The translations under genes and the position numbers were made by a program. Of a stretch of DNA of 64,000 bases, positions 62,001-64,000 are shown in pieces (position 1 is the first letter of the stretch; each line of letters begins with the position of its first letter). The DNA lies in NCBI GenBank assembly GCA_020891255.1, contig BQFW01000014.1:1860001-1924000 (forward strand), given 5' to 3'. The notes under the pieces are model-generated. The model was not told the origin of the DNA and did not search any database. It saw only the letters and a list, made by a program, of their open reading frames with translations. Source of the stretch: Entomortierella parvispora E1425 (taxonomy: Eukaryota; Fungi; Mortierellomycota).

Positions 62001-62524
62001 CGCGGCAGTCTCCAGTAGGAAATTTTGATCGTACTGCCCCTGTCGGTCAAGAGGAGGTTGCACAACAAGGGCGCACGTTCGGTGGCGAAGAATGGGTCCC
62101 ACCATCACAAGGCTTTACCCAGCCAGGGGAGAGATCATCAGGCGGTGCGAGCGCTGGTATAGCCATTGAGGTACCAGGGACGGGCCAACAGATCTTCTCC
62201 TACGGACATATAGAGGAATTCCCCCGAATGGAGGGCCTAGATGTCCGAGTTGGTCAAGAGATGGCCACTGAGCAGGCTGCAGATCAGAGCAGCCGATACG
62301 ATGTTGGATCTGATCATGAAGAAGAGGAGGAGCTCTATTTGGGTGGTCTCCTAGTGACGGCTTCGCCTCGATCCGCTCGAACATTCAATGCCATGCAATC
62401 TTTGAGCCGTAGATCGGCGGGACCTCTCACGAATGAGCGTGGTCAAGTTCAGCCTCAACAGGAGAACGATTCGCAAGGATCCGAGGAGAAGGTTGAGGAA
62501 AGGGACCAAGAAGCGGATGTGTAA
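59045..62524 (+). CDS. Spt23/Mga2-like transcription factor (N-terminal DNA-binding-like domain, IPT/TIG, two ankyrin repeats); 4 exons
   Basis: Exons 59045-59149, 59258-59358, 59522-59900 and 59997-62524. Motifs IPTQIE, ACLRCARR, FKINCYCGH, PNTGSVRGGTLVTIHG, and ankyrins GHSMLHLA and GMTALDWA. Confidence 0.82.
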
Positions 62525-63390
62525 AGGAATGAATGAATGGATGGATGGAGTGCCAAGTCCTTTCCTCCCCACTTCTTCAAACACTGCACAGAAGCCCTTC
62601 TTGGTCTGATCTTACAGATTCGATCCCTTATACCCGGCCCTTCGTGCTTGCATGTTCATGTATTTTTGTCTTTATGTACCCTTGTTTTCGTCGTTGTCAT
62701 ATTTGTAAAGTAGAAAGTCTTTCTTTTTTTGTTTCCAAACTTTTCCGTTCGCACTTTTGGTGGACTACAGAATAAATAATAAAAAAATTGGAACCTCACA
62801 TTTGATCTCATTGATCTTCAGACACGATCCTTGCTAGGGAGATGAAGTAGCTAGACAAAGATCAAGATCTTTATTCTGGGCGTCCACAGGTACAAAGAGA
62901 CCCGAGGGCGAAGGATCAGGATATGTGACCGAGGAGCAGCACGTGCGCTCAATATGGCGCAACGGGGATTGTGGGAAGGGCCTGTTCAAATGCTCCGCGT
63001 TGATCAGGAGGAGGAGCAGCGACATGGTCACGTAACATATCAGACATACAGCAGCGGTAAGGTGGTGGGAGGGGGAAGGATGAAGATGGCTGTGAGGGAA
63101 TACAGTAGTGATCCAATGAATCAAACATGTAATAGGTATATGCAAAAACAGCAGCAGTCAATGCGGATATCCTTCGCCTTGCAATATTTTCCAAGGATTC
63201 TCTTGTTTATCTATGCAGTACTCTTACTCAAGGACCACCACCATCATTTTGGCCGCCAAGGTTGATAGCATCATTTTCTATTGCTGTCTTTCGGCAGTCA
63301 GACTTCCAACACGTCCCCTTGAGCTGGATTTTTGATTTCGATGTATTCTTTATTAATAATCAGTTAAAAACACAAGCGACCTCGATGTAT

Positions 63391-63939
63391 TCAACAATAA
63401 TTGATGTCAAGGTTGACCTTCTCAAAGTACCCACAATAAACAATAATGCCTGCGTAAGGCATTCCATGCTCCCAGGTACAAAAATCATTTGACTCGACAT
63501 CAAATTTGAAGCCTGGTTCTTCCAAAGGAGGAAAATCCCTCACAATGTTCCAGCTCCCTGATTTTGACCACCCTGACCAATTGTTCGTGTATTGAAGTGC
63601 ATGGGGCCTGTCATAACCAGATGAGTGTCCTCCATAAGCTTTGACCCAGATGACTCCATTCGTAGAGTCTTGCCATTCAGACATATGGGTCCCAACGTTG
63701 ACCTGACAAGCCCTTGAAGATCTGGCAAGCCCATCTGTGGTGTGATTTTGGGCCACAGCACTTAGTTCTTTGCCCAACTTGCCACCATTTCTTTCAAAAG
63801 CTCTATGCTTCAGACTATCCGGGCAGCATCCAGAGAGCTCACTGAACCGCTTCCCAGTCAAGCTACCAGAACAGTCAATGCACTGCTTGGCCATTGACAC
63901 TGAAAACAGAGAGGCAGTCGTTAGGTATAGCAGTCTCAT
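63391..63939 (-). CDS. Small secreted cysteine-rich protein (182 aa, 8 Cys)
   Basis: Signal-peptide-like MRLLYLTTASLFSVSMA in an uninterrupted ORF. Cys pattern CxxC...CC...C...C...C...C, ending at the C-terminus. No family recognised. Confidence 0.65.
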   Translation of the reverse strand: MRLLYLTTASLFSVSMAKQCIDCSGSLTGKRFSELSGCCPDSLKHRAFERNGGKLGKELSAVAQNHTTDGLARSSRACQVNVGTHMSEWQDSTNGVIWVKAYGGHSSGYDRPHALQYTNNWSGWSKSGSWNIVRDFPPLEEPGFKFDVESNDFCTWEHGMPYAGIIVYCGYFEKVNLDINYC

Positions 63940-64000
63940 CCTGGTGGTGTTCTTGAAGAGTGCTATTTTTGAAAAAAGTTGATCGTTAGCTTCTTATTTT

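Noticed and set aside
18139-62524. Lipid-related genes in one window (b5 reductase-like, HSL-like lipase, LCB1, Mga2-like) as a cluster
   Set aside because: They are spread over 44 kb, interleaved with unrelated housekeeping genes, and do not form one pathway.
62834-63145. 103-aa minus-strand ORF with a hydrophobic stretch
   Set aside because: No recognisable motif and no convincing splice link to neighbours, so it cannot be supported as a gene.

Overview
This is eukaryotic fungal DNA with short GT-AG introns. A Mucoromycota origin, probably Mortierellaceae, is inferred from the gene content (MedA-like factor, Crinkler-like and Sel1-repeat genes, cofactor-independent phosphoglycerate mutase) and is not proven. 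Bases ~2.6-43.5 kb hold mostly housekeeping genes: a MedA-like regulator, SEM1, PUF6, a DUF1647-like protein, PGI1, iPGM, a cytochrome b5 reductase-like protein, eIF2B-gamma, an HSL-like lipase, LCB1, a C2H2 factor, GPN1, an O-fucosyltransferase-like protein and a thioredoxin-like protein. Bases ~44-57.5 kb form an accessory island: a decayed Tc1/mariner-like transposase, a frameshifted Crinkler-type NTPase-REase-HhH gene, a beta-lactamase-family hydrolase and the main find. An Spt23/Mga2-like factor and a small secreted Cys-rich protein follow. The main find is that six ORF-track fragments plus a short first exon at 51.8-57.3 kb splice in frame, through six canonical introns, into one uninterrupted ~1,636-aa protein. 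Its C-terminus carries a complete TnpB/Fanzor RuvC D-E-D triad and zinc finger. Three consecutive stem-loops lie directly after the stop codon and are a candidate omega-RNA. This looks like an unusually large, apparently intact Fanzor RNA-guided nuclease locus. All gene models and family assignments were made by eye, without database searches.
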